This document shows positions 14,819-28,444 of a DNA stretch of 64,000 nt, in pieces. The DNA comes from Escherichia coli (GTDB taxonomy: Bacteria; Pseudomonadota; Gammaproteobacteria; Enterobacterales; Enterobacteriaceae). Where the stretch lies: assembly GCF_050320075.1 (NCBI RefSeq), contig NZ_CP190018.1. One strand, written 5' to 3'. Position 1 is the first letter of the stretch, and each line of letters begins with the position of its first letter. The notes beneath the pieces are model-generated. The model ran no database searches. It was not told the origin of the DNA and saw only the letters and a program-made list of their open reading frames with translations. The position numbers and the translations under genes were made by a program.

Positions 14819-16889
14819 TCTGGCCGCGATGCTGCGCCTGCCTGCAAACCTGAAATCGACACAATGGCAGATCCTTGCCGGACCGATTTTGATCCTGTTG
14901 ATTTTGTCGATGATGGTGCTGCCACTGCCCGCATTCATACTCGACCTGTTGTTTACCTTCAATATTGCCTTGTCGATCATGGTGTTGCTGGTGGCGATGT
15001 TTACCCAGCGCACGCTTGAGTTTGCTGCGTTTCCGACCATTCTATTGTTTACTACGTTGTTGCGTCTGGCACTTAACGTAGCTTCAACCCGCATCATTTT
15101 GATGGAAGGGCATACCGGCGCGGCGGCGGCTGGGAAGGTGGTCGAAGCGTTCGGTCACTTCCTCGTTGGTGGCAATTTCGCTATCGGTATCGTGGTGTTC
15201 GTCATTCTCGTGATCATCAACTTTATGGTCATTACCAAAGGTGCCGGGCGTATCGCAGAAGTGGGGGCGCGCTTTGTTCTCGATGGTATGCCGGGTAAGC
15301 AGATGGCGATTGACGCCGACCTTAACGCCGGATTGATTGGTGAAGATGAGGCGAAAAAACGCCGCTCCGAAGTGACTCAGGAAGCCGATTTTTACGGCTC
15401 AATGGACGGGGCAAGTAAGTTTGTTCGCGGCGATGCCATCGCCGGGATCCTCATCATGGTCATTAACGTTGTCGGCGGGTTGCTGGTCGGCGTGCTGCAA
15501 CATGGCATGAGCATGGGACACGCCGCGGAAAGTTATACGCTATTGACCATTGGCGACGGTCTGGTGGCACAAATCCCGGCGCTGGTGATTTCTACCGCCG
15601 CGGGGGTCATCGTTACGCGTGTCAGCACCGATCAGGATGTTGGCGAGCAGATGGTGAATCAGCTTTTCAGTAACCCGAGCGTTATGTTGTTAAGCGCCGC
15701 CGTGCTCGGTTTACTCGGCCTGGTGCCCGGAATGCCGAACCTGGTATTTTTGCTGTTCACTGCCGGATTGCTTGGGCTGGCCTGGTGGATCCGCGGACGT
15801 GAACAAAAAGCGCCTGCCGAACCAAAACCGGTAAAAATGGCAGAGAATAATACCGTTGTCGAAGCGACGTGGAACGATGTACAACTGGAAGATTCCTTGG
15901 GAATGGAAGTGGGTTATCGACTGATCCCGATGGTTGATTTCCAACAAGATGGCGAGTTGCTGGGCCGTATTCGTAGTATTCGTAAGAAATTTGCTCAGGA
16001 GATGGGGTTTCTGCCGCCGGTGGTGCACATTCGCGACAATATGGATCTGCAACCTGCACGTTATCGCATTTTGATGAAAGGCGTAGAGATTGGCACTGGC
16101 GATGCCTATCCGGGGCGCTGGCTGGCAATTAACCCAGGTACCGCTGCCGGGACGTTACCTGGTGAGGCGACCGTCGATCCGGCATTTGGCCTGAATGCTA
16201 TCTGGATTGAAAGTGCGCTTAAAGAACAGGCGCAGATTCAGGGGTACACCGTGGTTGAGGCCAGCACGGTGGTGGCAACGCATCTTAACCACCTCATTAG
16301 CCAGCATGCCGCAGAGCTGTTTGGTCGTCAGGAGGCGCAACAGCTGTTGGATCGCGTCGCCCAGGAGATGCCAAAGCTGACGGAAGATCTCGTTCCTGGC
16401 GTCGTCACGCTCACCACACTGCATAAAGTGCTGCAAAATCTGCTCGATGAAAAAGTGCCGATTCGCGATATGCGCACTATTCTCGAAACGCTGGCGGAAC
16501 ATGCGCCCATCCAAAGCGATCCACATGAATTAACCGCCGTCGTGCGCGTGGCGTTGGGACGGGCGATTACCCAGCAGTGGTTTCCTGGCAAAGATGAAGT
16601 TCATGTTATTGGCCTCGATACACCGCTGGAACGTTTGTTGCTACAGGCGTTGCAGGGCGGGGGCGGACTGGAGCCAGGGCTGGCGGATCGTTTACTGGCG
16701 CAAACTCAGGAAGCTCTATCCCGTCAGGAGATGTTGGGTGCGCCGCCAGTTTTATTGGTGAACCACGCGCTGCGACCATTATTGTCTCGCTTCCTGCGCC
16801 GCAGCTTGCCGCAGTTAGTGGTGCTGTCGAATCTGGAACTATCTGATAACCGACATATCCGCATGACGGCGACAATTGGCGGTAAATGA
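14811..16889 (+). CDS. flhA: Flagellar export apparatus protein FlhA
   Basis: 692 aa from MSNLAAMLRLPANLKSTQWQILAGP... Start trimmed from 14736; it overlaps the flhB stop. Confidence 0.94.
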   Translation: MSNLAAMLRLPANLKSTQWQILAGPILILLILSMMVLPLPAFILDLLFTFNIALSIMVLLVAMFTQRTLEFAAFPTILLFTTLLRLALNVASTRIILMEGHTGAAAAGKVVEAFGHFLVGGNFAIGIVVFVILVIINFMVITKGAGRIAEVGARFVLDGMPGKQMAIDADLNAGLIGEDEAKKRRSEVTQEADFYGSMDGASKFVRGDAIAGILIMVINVVGGLLVGVLQHGMSMGHAAESYTLLTIGDGLVAQIPALVISTAAGVIVTRVSTDQDVGEQMVNQLFSNPSVMLLSAAVLGLLGLVPGMPNLVFLLFTAGLLGLAWWIRGREQKAPAEPKPVKMAENNTVVEATWNDVQLEDSLGMEVGYRLIPMVDFQQDGELLGRIRSIRKKFAQEMGFLPPVVHIRDNMDLQPARYRILMKGVEIGTGDAYPGRWLAINPGTAAGTLPGEATVDPAFGLNAIWIESALKEQAQIQGYTVVEASTVVATHLNHLISQHAAELFGRQEAQQLLDRVAQEMPKLTEDLVPGVVTLTTLHKVLQNLLDEKVPIRDMRTILETLAEHAPIQSDPHELTAVVRVALGRAITQQWFPGKDEVHVIGLDTPLERLLLQALQGGGGLEPGLADRLLAQTQEALSRQEMLGAPPVLLVNHALRPLLSRFLRRSLPQLVVLSNLELSDNRHIRMTATIGGK

Positions 16890-17281
16890 TGAGAACCTTA
16901 TTAGCAATATTATTGTTTCCGCTGCTGGTGCAAGCCGCCGGGGAGGGGATGTGGCAGGCGAGTAGTGTGGGCGTTACGCTGAATCACCGTGGTGAGTCGA
17001 TGTCGTCAGCGCCTCTTTCTACTCGACAACCTGCTGCAGGATTGATGACGCTGGTGGCGTGGCGTTATCAGCTTATCGGCCCGACACCTGCAGGACTGCG
17101 GGTTCGCTTGTGTTCACAATCTCGTTGTGTCGAATTAGAAGGGCAGAGTGGAACCACCGTGGCCTTTTCCGGTATACCGGCGATAGAACCGTTGCGATTT
17201 ATCTGGGAAGTGCCTGGCGGTGGGCGGTTAATTCCGCCGCTAAAGGTACAACGGAATGAAGTGATTGTGAATTATCGTTAA
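16889..17281 (+). CDS. flhE: Flagellar protein FlhE
   Basis: 130 aa, MRTLLAILLFPLLVQAAGEG.. (signal peptide). An ATG at 16886 is an equally possible start. Confidence 0.88.
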   Translation: MRTLLAILLFPLLVQAAGEGMWQASSVGVTLNHRGESMSSAPLSTRQPAAGLMTLVAWRYQLIGPTPAGLRVRLCSQSRCVELEGQSGTTVAFSGIPAIEPLRFIWEVPGGGRLIPPLKVQRNEVIVNYR

Positions 17282-17287
17282 TGATAA

Positions 17288-17319
17288 AAAAGCCGATGTC
17301 TGCCATGACATCGGCTTTT
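17288..17319. terminator. Bidirectional intrinsic terminator between convergent flhE and argS
   Basis: AAAAGCCGATGTC (17288-17300) pairs with GACATCGGCTTTT (17307-17319). A/T runs on both sides. Confidence 0.8.
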
Positions 17320-17333
17320 GCCGTATAACGCGA

Positions 17334-19067
17334 TTACATACGCTCTACTGTCTCAATACCCAGCGTATCCAGACCCAGTTTCAGCGTCTTCGCCGTCAGT
17401 TGTGCCAGTTTCAGACGGCTGTTACGCACTTCTTCGTTTTCTGCGCTGAGGATCGGGCAGTGCTCGTAGAAGCCAGAGAACAGACCAGCCAGATCGTACA
17501 GGTAAGCACACATCACATGCGGCGTGCCTTCACGGGCAACCACGGTGAGGGTTTCTTCAAACTGCAGCAGGCGAGCTGCCAGTTGCGCTTCACGATCTTC
17601 ACGGATGATAACCGGAGCTGCAGCCAGTTGCTCTTCGTCAATTTCTGCTTTACGGAACACGGACAATACACGCGTGTATGCATACTGCATGTATGGCGCG
17701 GTATTACCCTCAAACGCCAGCATGTTGTCCCAGTCGAAGATGTAGTCCGTGGTGCGGTTTTTGGAGAGATCCGCATATTTCACCGCACCAATACCAACTG
17801 CGTTAGCCAGTTTTTCCAGCTCGTCGGCTGGCATATCCGGGTTCTTTTCTGCCACCAGACGACGTGCACGCTCCAGGGCTTCATCCAGCAGATCCGCCAG
17901 TTTCACTGTACCACCCGCGCGGGTTTTGAACGGTTTGCCGTCTTTGCCCAGCATCATGCCGAACATGTGGTGTTCCAGCGGTACGGATTCCGGTACATAG
18001 CCTGCTTTACGGACGATAGCCCACGCCTGCATCAGGTGTTGATGCTGACGGGAGTCGATGTAATACAGCACGCGATCGGCATGCAGTGTTTCATAACGAT
18101 ATTTCGCACAGGCGATATCAGTGGTGGTGTAGAGATAGCCACCATCTTTCTTCTGAATGATCACGCCCATCGGTTCGCCTTCCTTGTTTTTGAACTCATC
18201 AAGGAATACGACGGTCGCGCCTTCACTTTCTACTGCCAGACCTTTGGCTTTCAGGTCCGCCACGATACCCGGCAGCATTGGGTTGTAGAGACTTTCACCC
18301 ATGACGTCATCGCGGGTCAACGTCACGTTCAGACGATCGTAGGTGATCTGGTTCTGCGTCATGGTGATGTCGACCAGTTTGCGCCACATCTCGCGGAAAT
18401 ATTCGTCACCGCTTTGCAGTTTGACTACGTAGTTACGTGCACGCTCGGCAAACTCTTCATCTTCGTCGTAATGCTTTTTCGCATCGCGGTAGAAACCTTC
18501 AAGGTCAGCCAGCTCCATTTCACCGGCGTTTTCTTGCTGCTGCTTTTCCAACCACGCAATCAGCATACCGAACTGAGTACCCCAGTCGCCGACGTGGTTC
18601 GCGCGAATCACTTTGTGACCGAGGAACTCCAGAGTACGCACTGCCGCGTCACCAATAATGGTAGAGCGCAGGTGACCGACGTGCATCTCTTTCGCCACGT
18701 TCGGAGCGGAGTAGTCAACCACAATGGTCTGTTTTTCTGGCGTAGCAACACCGAGACGATCGGACGCCAGCGCCTGCTGAACATGATCAGCCAGGAAGGC
18801 TGGATCAAGAAAAATGTTGATAAAGCCTGGACCGGCGATCTCAACTTTGCTGGCGATACCGTTAAGATCCAGATGAGTCAGCACCTGCTCTGCTAATTGT
18901 CGCGGTGCCATACCCAGTTTTTTAGCAACTGCCATCATGCCGTTAGCCTGATAGTCGCCGAACTGAACTTTTGCTGACTGACGAACCTGCGGTTCGCAAT
19001 CCGCAGGCGCGCCTGCCGCAATCATGGCCTGACGGACTTTTTCTGAGAGAAGAGCCTGAATATTCAC
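17334..19067 (-). CDS. argS: Arginyl-tRNA synthetase
   Basis: 577 aa, [43 protein letters not shown].. with the HVGH motif. Confidence 0.96.
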   Translation of the reverse strand: MNIQALLSEKVRQAMIAAGAPADCEPQVRQSAKVQFGDYQANGMMAVAKKLGMAPRQLAEQVLTHLDLNGIASKVEIAGPGFINIFLDPAFLADHVQQALASDRLGVATPEKQTIVVDYSAPNVAKEMHVGHLRSTIIGDAAVRTLEFLGHKVIRANHVGDWGTQFGMLIAWLEKQQQENAGEMELADLEGFYRDAKKHYDEDEEFAERARNYVVKLQSGDEYFREMWRKLVDITMTQNQITYDRLNVTLTRDDVMGESLYNPMLPGIVADLKAKGLAVESEGATVVFLDEFKNKEGEPMGVIIQKKDGGYLYTTTDIACAKYRYETLHADRVLYYIDSRQHQHLMQAWAIVRKAGYVPESVPLEHHMFGMMLGKDGKPFKTRAGGTVKLADLLDEALERARRLVAEKNPDMPADELEKLANAVGIGAVKYADLSKNRTTDYIFDWDNMLAFEGNTAPYMQYAYTRVLSVFRKAEIDEEQLAAAPVIIREDREAQLAARLLQFEETLTVVAREGTPHVMCAYLYDLAGLFSGFYEHCPILSAENEEVRNSRLKLAQLTAKTLKLGLDTLGIETVERM

Positions 19068-19282
19068 CGGAATACCTTACATTGATGAAGCGAGCAAAAA
19101 TTGCCCGCACCAGTTAAAGAAATTAGGGCGGGAGTATACTGCAAATGGCTGTTTTCGTCAGCAACGTGCGCGTGGCGTATTGCCGTTTTCACTATTGCAT
19201 CAGAAGCGGCGTGAAATCAGCGGTTGGTTGGCGCAGGGCAACAGGGTAAATTAACGCTTTTACTGAAAGACGAAGAGTGATT

Positions 19283-19849
19283 ATGGCGAACTGGCAATCT
19301 ATCGACGAGCTGCAGGATATTGCATCGGATTTACCGCGATTTACCCACGCATTAGATGAACTTTCCCGCCGTTTGGGGTTGGATATCACTCCGCTGACTG
19401 CCGATCACATTTCTTTGCGTTGCCATCAAAACGCCACCGCTGAGCGCTGGCGTCGCGGGTTTGAACAGTGCGGCGAGCTTTTGTCAGAAAATATGATCAA
19501 TGGCAGGCCGATTTGTCTGTTTAAATTGCATGAACCGGTACAGGTTGCGCACTGGCAGTTTTCCATTGTGGAGCTACCGTGGCCCGGGGAAAAACGTTAC
19601 CCGCACGAAGGTTGGGAACATATTGAAATCGTTCTGCCGGGCGATCCAGAAACGCTGAATGCCCGTGCGCTGGCATTGCTTTCTGATGAAGGACTCAGCC
19701 TGCCGGGGATCTCAGTGAAAACCAGTTCGCCAAAAGGTGAGCATGAGCGATTACCGAATCCGACGCTGGCGGTCACCGATGGCAAAACAACTATTAAGTT
19801 TCATCCGTGGTCCATTGAAAAGATCGTTGCCAGCGAGCAGTCGGCGTAA
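19283..19849 (+). CDS. yecM: YecM (VOC-fold protein of unknown function)
   Basis: 188 aa from MANWQSIDELQDIASDLPRF... Start trimmed from 19277. Confidence 0.88.
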   Translation: MANWQSIDELQDIASDLPRFTHALDELSRRLGLDITPLTADHISLRCHQNATAERWRRGFEQCGELLSENMINGRPICLFKLHEPVQVAHWQFSIVELPWPGEKRYPHEGWEHIEIVLPGDPETLNARALALLSDEGLSLPGISVKTSSPKGEHERLPNPTLAVTDGKTTIKFHPWSIEKIVASEQSA

Positions 19850-19853
19850 TTAA

Positions 19854-20609
<756 letters not shown>

Positions 20610-20655
20610 TTTTTACCGTTGCATCATGTCGCCCAATATGATGCTTGCTCGTACC

Positions 20656-20688
20656 AGGCCCCTGCAATTTCAACAGGGGCCTTTTTTT
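20656..20688 (+). terminator. Intrinsic terminator after cutC
   Basis: AGGCCCCTG (20656-20664) pairs with CAGGGGCCT (20674-20682), followed by T7. Confidence 0.85.
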
Positions 20689-20994
20689 ATCCCTGAATAG
20701 TATAAAAAATGAACGATTACCGCGATCTGTTGAGCGGGTGACAGTGCACATAGCGTTGTGCTAAAAATTTTTATATATTCATATTAATTATGTAATTTAA
20801 ATTACTAAAACTGACAAATATGTATTCTAAATAACAACTGGGTTATTCCTTAGCAATTAATGATTACATTGTAATAAATCATATTCTTTATCGATTATTT
20901 CAGGCAGTGTTGTGCCGAATTATGCAAGCGGTCAATTCGTTGTATATTTAATTATACAATGATTTCGGTGTTCTGGAATTAATTAGAGGAATCT

Positions 20995-22095
20995 ATGCGA
21001 GGGAAAAAACGCATTGGGTTAATGTTTTTGCTGATAGCGGTTGTGGTTGGTGGCGGCGGGTTATTGCTGGCGCAAAAAGCCTTACATAAAACGTCGGATA
21101 CAGCATTTTGCCTTTCCTGCCACTCGATGAGTAAACCTTTTGAGGAATATCAGGGAACTGTCCACTTTTCGAACCAGAAAGGGATACGTGCGGAATGTGC
21201 CGATTGCCATATTCCAAAGTCAGGGATGGATTATTTATTTGCTAAATTAAAAGCATCTAAAGATATTTATCATGAATTTGTTAGCGGCAAAATAGACAGT
21301 GACGATAAGTTCGAAGCGCATCGTCAGGAAATGGCCGAAACAGTATGGAAAGAATTAAAAGCCACTGACTCTGCAACGTGCCGTAGTTGCCATTCTTTTG
21401 ATGCCATGGATATTGCCTCGCAAAGTGAATCTGCGCAGAAAATGCATAACAAAGCACAAAAGGGCGGCGAAACCTGTATCGATTGTCATAAAGGCATTGC
21501 TCATTTTCCGCCAGAAATAAAAATGGATGACAACGCGGCGCATGAGCTGGAAAGTCAGGCCGCTACTTCAGTGACTAATGGCGTACATATTTATCCTTTC
21601 AAAACTTCTCGCATAGGCGAGCTGGCTACCGTGAATCCTGGTACCGATCTCATCGTCGTTGATGCCAGTGGCAAACAGCCGATCGTTCTGTTGCAGGGTT
21701 ATCAAATGCAGGGCAGTGAAAACACGCTCTACCTGGCGGCAGGTCAACGGCTGGCACTAGCCACATTAAGTGAAGAAGGTATCAAGGCGCTCACGGTAAA
21801 CGGGGAATGGCAGGCTGACGAATACGGCAATCAATGGCGTCAGGCGTCTTTACAGGGTGCGCTTACCGATCCCGCATTAGCGGACCGTAAACCGCTATGG
21901 CAATACGCTGAAAAACTTGACGATACCTATTGCGCTGGTTGCCATGCCCCTATTGCCTCCGACCATTACACCGTCAATGCATGGCCGTCCATTGCCAAAG
22001 GAATGGGGGCGCGAACCAGCATGAGCGAAAACGAACTGGACATTTTGACGCGGTACTTCCAGTACAACGCCAAAGATATTACCGAGAAACAGTGA
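20995..22095 (+). CDS. torY: Pentahaem c-type cytochrome TorY
   Basis: 366 aa with five CxxCH motifs (CLSCH, CADCH, CRSCH, CIDCH, CAGCH). Confidence 0.93.
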   Translation: MRGKKRIGLMFLLIAVVVGGGGLLLAQKALHKTSDTAFCLSCHSMSKPFEEYQGTVHFSNQKGIRAECADCHIPKSGMDYLFAKLKASKDIYHEFVSGKIDSDDKFEAHRQEMAETVWKELKATDSATCRSCHSFDAMDIASQSESAQKMHNKAQKGGETCIDCHKGIAHFPPEIKMDDNAAHELESQAATSVTNGVHIYPFKTSRIGELATVNPGTDLIVVDASGKQPIVLLQGYQMQGSENTLYLAAGQRLALATLSEEGIKALTVNGEWQADEYGNQWRQASLQGALTDPALADRKPLWQYAEKLDDTYCAGCHAPIASDHYTVNAWPSIAKGMGARTSMSENELDILTRYFQYNAKDITEKQ

Positions 22096-22119
22096 TCCTC
22101 GTTGATCAGGGAGGAAGTT

Positions 22120-24549
22120 ATGACATTAACAAGACGTGAATTTATTAAACACAGCGGTATTGCCGCTGGGGCGCTGGTGGTGACATCGGCTGCACCGCTA
22201 CCCGCATGGGCAGAAGAGAAGGGTGGCAAAATCCTCACCGCGGGCCGTTGGGGAGCGATGAACGTAGAAGTGAAGGACGGCAAGATTGTTTCTTCAACAG
22301 GCGCGCTGGCGAAAACTATACCGAACTCCTTACAGTCTACGGCGGTGGATCAGGTACACACCACGGCGCGTATTCAGCATCCGATGGTGAGAAAAAGCTA
22401 TCTCGATAATCCACTGCAACCGGCGAAAGGTCGTGGCGAAGATACCTATGTACAGGTGAGCTGGGAACAAGCATTAAAACTGATTCATGAGCAACACGAT
22501 CGTATTCGTAAAGCTAACGGACCATCGGCCATTTTTGCCGGATCTTACGGCTGGCGATCTTCTGGCGTGTTGCATAAAGCGCAAACCTTACTGCAACGTT
22601 ATATGAACCTTGCGGGCGGTTATTCCGGGCATAGCGGCGATTATTCAACCGGGGCAGCACAGGTGATCATGCCGCATGTGGTCGGTTCTGTAGAGGTGTA
22701 TGAACAGCAGACCTCCTGGCCGCTGATTCTGGAAAACAGCCAGGTTGTGGTGCTGTGGGGGATGAACCCGCTGAATACCTTGAAAATTGCCTGGAGCAGT
22801 ACCGATGAGCAAGGGCTGGAATACTTCCATCAGCTGAAAAAATCTGGCAAACCCGTGATTGCCATTGATCCTATTCGCTCCGAAACCATCGAATTCTTTG
22901 GCGATAATGCCACCTGGATCGCGCCGAATATGGGCACCGACGTGGCACTGATGTTAGGGATCGCGCATACCCTGATGACACAAGGCAAACACGATAAAGT
23001 GTTCCTTGAAAAATACACTACCGGATATCCGCAGTTTGAAGAGTATCTGGCAGGCAAAAGCGATAATACGCCGAAGAGCGCGGCCTGGGCGGCGGAAATT
23101 TCTGGCGTACCGGAAGCGCAGATAGTCAAACTCGCTGAACTGATGGCGGCAAATCGCACAATACTGATGGCAGGCTGGGGAATTCAGCGCCAGCAATATG
23201 GTGAACAGAAACACTGGATGCTGGTGACGCTGGCGGCGATGTTAGGGCAGATTGGTACACCGGGCGGCGGGTTTGGTTTCTCTTATCATTACTCCAATGG
23301 TGGCAACCCGACGCGTGTTGGCGGCGTGCTGCCGGAAATGTCTGCGGCGATTGCCGGACAGGCCAGCGAGGCCGCTGATGATGGCGGAATGACGGCGATT
23401 CCTGTTGCCCGTATCGTCGATGCGCTGGAAAATCCTGGCGGCAAATATCAGCATAACGGTAAAGAGCAAACGTACCCAAATATCAAAATGATCTGGTGGG
23501 CGGGTGGCGGTAACTTTACCCATCACCAGGATACTAATCGTCTGATTAAAGCATGGCAGAAACCGGAGATGATCGTCGTTTCTGAATGCTACTGGACCGC
23601 AGCTGCTAAACATGCAGATATCGTATTACCGATCACCACATCGTTTGAGCGCAATGACTTGACGATGACCGGTGATTACAGCAACCAGCATATTGTACCG
23701 ATGAAGCAGGCTGTCGCTGCGCAATTTGAAGCGCGTAACGATTTTGACGTGTTTGCCGATCTTGCTGAATTACTCAAACCTGGCGGAAAAGAGATCTATA
23801 CCGAAGGTAGAGATGAAATGGCGTGGCTGAAATTTTTCTATGATGCCGCTCAGAAAGGTGCGCGTGCGCAACGCGTGACTATGCCGATGTTTAATGCTTT
23901 CTGGCAGCAAAATAAACTGATCGAAATGCGCCGCAGCGAGAAGAACGAACAGTACGTTCGTTATGGTGATTTCCGCGCCGATCCGGTGAAAAATGCGCTG
24001 GGTACGCCAAGCGGCAAAATTGAGATTTACTCCAAAACGCTGGAAAAATTTGGCTATAAGGATTGCCCGGCACACCCAACCTGGCTTGCGCCTGATGAGT
24101 GGAAAGGTTCCGCCGACGAGAAGCAGTTGCAGCTTCTGACCGCACATCCGGCACACCGTTTACACAGTCAGCTTAACTATGCGGAACTGCGTAAAAAATA
24201 TGCGGTTGCCGATCGTGAACCGATCACTATTCACACCGAAGATGCTGCTCGCTTTGGTATTGCGAATGGCGATCTGGTGCGTGTCTGGAACAGACGTGGT
24301 CAGATTCTGACAGGCGCGGTGGTGACTGACGGGATCAAAAAAGGCGTGGTATGCGTGCATGAAGGTGCATGGCCAGATCTGGAAAATGGCTTGTGTAAAA
24401 ACGGCAGTGCGAACGTGTTAACGGCGGATATCCCCAGCTCTCAGCTGGCAAATGCCTGTGCCGGTAACTCTGCGCTGGTGTATATCGAAAAATATACGGG
24501 CAATGCACCGAAGTTAACGGCGTTTGATCAGCCAGCTGTTCAGGCATAA
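22120..24549 (+). CDS. torZ: TMAO/biotin-sulfoxide reductase TorZ (molybdoenzyme, Tat signal)
   Basis: 809 aa from [31 protein letters not shown]... Start trimmed from 22102. Confidence 0.93.
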   Translation: MTLTRREFIKHSGIAAGALVVTSAAPLPAWAEEKGGKILTAGRWGAMNVEVKDGKIVSSTGALAKTIPNSLQSTAVDQVHTTARIQHPMVRKSYLDNPLQPAKGRGEDTYVQVSWEQALKLIHEQHDRIRKANGPSAIFAGSYGWRSSGVLHKAQTLLQRYMNLAGGYSGHSGDYSTGAAQVIMPHVVGSVEVYEQQTSWPLILENSQVVVLWGMNPLNTLKIAWSSTDEQGLEYFHQLKKSGKPVIAIDPIRSETIEFFGDNATWIAPNMGTDVALMLGIAHTLMTQGKHDKVFLEKYTTGYPQFEEYLAGKSDNTPKSAAWAAEISGVPEAQIVKLAELMAANRTILMAGWGIQRQQYGEQKHWMLVTLAAMLGQIGTPGGGFGFSYHYSNGGNPTRVGGVLPEMSAAIAGQASEAADDGGMTAIPVARIVDALENPGGKYQHNGKEQTYPNIKMIWWAGGGNFTHHQDTNRLIKAWQKPEMIVVSECYWTAAAKHADIVLPITTSFERNDLTMTGDYSNQHIVPMKQAVAAQFEARNDFDVFADLAELLKPGGKEIYTEGRDEMAWLKFFYDAAQKGARAQRVTMPMFNAFWQQNKLIEMRRSEKNEQYVRYGDFRADPVKNALGTPSGKIEIYSKTLEKFGYKDCPAHPTWLAPDEWKGSADEKQLQLLTAHPAHRLHSQLNYAELRKKYAVADREPITIHTEDAARFGIANGDLVRVWNRRGQILTGAVVTDGIKKGVVCVHEGAWPDLENGLCKNGSANVLTADIPSSQLANACAGNSALVYIEKYTGNAPKLTAFDQPAVQA

Positions 24550-24558
24550 GACGTGAAA

Positions 24559-24578
24559 AGCGCCCGGAAACGGGCGCT
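24559..24578. terminator. Hairpin between convergent torZ and cmoB
   Basis: AGCGCCCG (24559-24566), GAAA loop, CGGGCGCT (24571-24578). Confidence 0.7.
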
Positions 24579-24583
24579 AATCT

Positions 24584-26731
<2,148 letters not shown>

Positions 26732-26783
26732 ACAAACTCCCTTTAAAATGGCCGATGGCACCTGTCTATGATAGGTGGCAAAT

Positions 26784-27140
26784 TCAGAAAAGAGAAGATT
26801 GCTGTGGAATAGCCGGAACTGCTCCGATCTCTGGAAGCGTTTTACGTAAGTCTTCCCACAGGGTATGTACCAGTTCCGGGGCCTGGGCAATATCTGGCGT
26901 ATGTAAAAAAAGATAAGGCGTAGTGGTCTGATGCCACTGCGCTAATTTTTGTAACCAGACCTGAAATAATTCCCGGTTTTGCGTCATATCATCACTACCG
27001 ATAAAACGGATCAGCGGATTTGTCGCCGTCAGTACAGCATGTACCGGAACTTTAGGTTTTTTTCGTTGAGCGTCGCGAATAGCTTCACTGTGTGGACGTG
27101 CTGCATGAACCGGGCGGCTGTCTAAAATCATCAAGGTCTA
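26784..27140 (-). pseudogene. yecE: yecE (DUF72) C-terminal fragment, separated from its N-terminal part by the 12.2-kb insertion
   Basis: ..ILDSRPVHAARPHSEAIRDAQRKKPKVPVHAVL..PQQSSLF continues exactly from the fragment ending ..GVNRVI at 39363-39841. Confidence 0.9.
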
Positions 27141-27157
27141 AATGCACTACATGGGCA
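27125..27157. other. attL (attB left half / AAAATCA core / attP right arm GTCTAAATGCAC)
   Basis: Chromosomal CTGTCT + AAAATCA + element TCAAGGTCTAAATGCAC. See the att reconstruction finding. Confidence 0.75.
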
Positions 27158-27193
27158 CCTAAACATATACATGTGATGTTGAGGTGTTAGAAA

Positions 27194-27209
27194 GGGGGCT
27201 GTTCAGCCC
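27194..27209 (-). terminator. Hairpin downstream of the 306-aa gene
   Basis: GGGGCTG (27194-27200) pairs with CAGCCCC (27203-27209). On the minus strand it is followed by CTTTCT. Confidence 0.5.
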
Positions 27210-27218
27210 CTGATAGAC

Positions 27219-28139
27219 TTAGTAATTATCCCTGACAACTTCATCATATCTTTCAATGAAGGTTAGTTGTTTATTACTTCCATTATAACTATCAACCCAT
27301 TTGTCTACAGCTTCATCGAATAGAAATAAAAAATCCGTATAATTTATATACACTACATTATCATAATATTGGGTTGGGTGACCTCTTTTACATACAGCAA
27401 TACTAAGACGTCTTTCTTTACCCTGAGTAACTTTGTGTGAATTAAGATTAGTCATGTGAAGCAATGAGTTCCTTAATTCATATAATTCGTCGGAAGTTAC
27501 TCCAAGTTTTTGTATATCTGAGTATGTATCTAACCAATTTTGAAAGACTCTTCTTTTGTTTCCAAACTCAATATAAGCTATAGTATCAATAAATGACATT
27601 AATAGCTTGAAGCTTGACAAGTAATGTTTTTTGTTAAACAGAAGCTTTATTGGTTCCATATGGTCATCATTAAGAAGTTCCTTAATGTGAAAACCATCAT
27701 CTTTCATATACTTATCAAGATAGTCTGGCAAGTCTTTTACACCTTCAATGTGATAGTTAGGTGTGTGCTTATTCCTTAATTGCTCTGACATTGATAACTG
27801 AATATCATATTGTAATTTGCCTTTAACAACGGGGGTGACTATAGCTAAAGGGTTTTCAGGTGCATTTTGAGCTTCTAATGCTAATTCAAACGGAGCAAAA
27901 GGATTACCAATCCGCAAATTTGCATTATATCTTTCAAGTGTCAATTTGTCATTTTCTAAAACAGAAGGGTGTATCCCATAAAATAAACGACAAGAAGCTA
28001 AGTCAATCTCCAAATTCCGCTTTAAAAAATCTAATTTTTGCGCATCATCGCCATCATGTTCGTGAGGTACTATTCCGGCATGTGTGATATGAACTCCATC
28101 AGGACTAAAGCAAAATATGTTGTAGATAATCTCTTTCAT
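27219..28139 (-). CDS. Hypothetical accessory protein with a C-terminal HEPN-like RNSLLH (Rx4H) motif; possible Abi-type RNase
   Basis: 306-aa ORF, very AT-rich, at the element edge. R223-N-S-L-L-H228 is encoded at 27456-27473, within a helical C-terminal half. The N-terminus has a His/Asp cluster, HITHAGIVPHEHDGDD. Confidence 0.35.
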   Translation of the reverse strand: MKEIIYNIFCFSPDGVHITHAGIVPHEHDGDDAQKLDFLKRNLEIDLASCRLFYGIHPSVLENDKLTLERYNANLRIGNPFAPFELALEAQNAPENPLAIVTPVVKGKLQYDIQLSMSEQLRNKHTPNYHIEGVKDLPDYLDKYMKDDGFHIKELLNDDHMEPIKLLFNKKHYLSSFKLLMSFIDTIAYIEFGNKRRVFQNWLDTYSDIQKLGVTSDELYELRNSLLHMTNLNSHKVTQGKERRLSIAVCKRGHPTQYYDNVVYINYTDFLFLFDEAVDKWVDSYNGSNKQLTFIERYDEVVRDNY

Positions 28140-28400
28140 ACCATTCTAACCTTCAGTGAAAATAAAGTTTTAACTATCATTAGATTATGAACAATCACAA
28201 TTGGCCTGTAAATAACAGGGCATAAACAGGTTCGTTTAGCTTGATTTTATCACTATAACTGTCTGATTTAACGGTAACTCACCAAGTATACACACAGTAA
28301 TTACACAATCCTGTTATTATGTAACTTATTGAAATATATAAATAATTTTTACATTCTTTGTTTGGGGTAAGCTGTGTAATGTTAGTCGTCCCTCTCCAGA

Positions 28401-28444
28401 CACTATATATAGTGCTATATACAGGACTATATAACGATATATAG
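28401..28444. repeat. CTATATA box array (12-bp period), including the 14-bp palindrome CACTATATATAGTG
   Basis: CTATATA at 28403, 28415 and 28427, plus an inverted copy at 28438-28444. Palindrome at 28401-28414. Confidence 0.7.

Noticed and set aside
17400-18896. 498-aa ORF on the plus strand
   Set aside because: It is entirely antisense to the strongly recognisable argS gene. It has an odd composition (rich in F, H, V, C, Q), no SD and no family resemblance. This is a typical shadow ORF.
26732-26890. Upstream extension of yecN to 184 aa, overlapping the yecE 3' end
   Set aside because: Known YecN is 131 aa, starting MVSALYAV... The extension is read through intergenic DNA and the yecE terminus.
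28401-28444. Possible CRISPR-like periodic repeat
   Set aside because: The 7-bp boxes with a 12-bp period are far too short, with no spacers of CRISPR size and no cas genes. I interpret them as operator or iteron-type sites.
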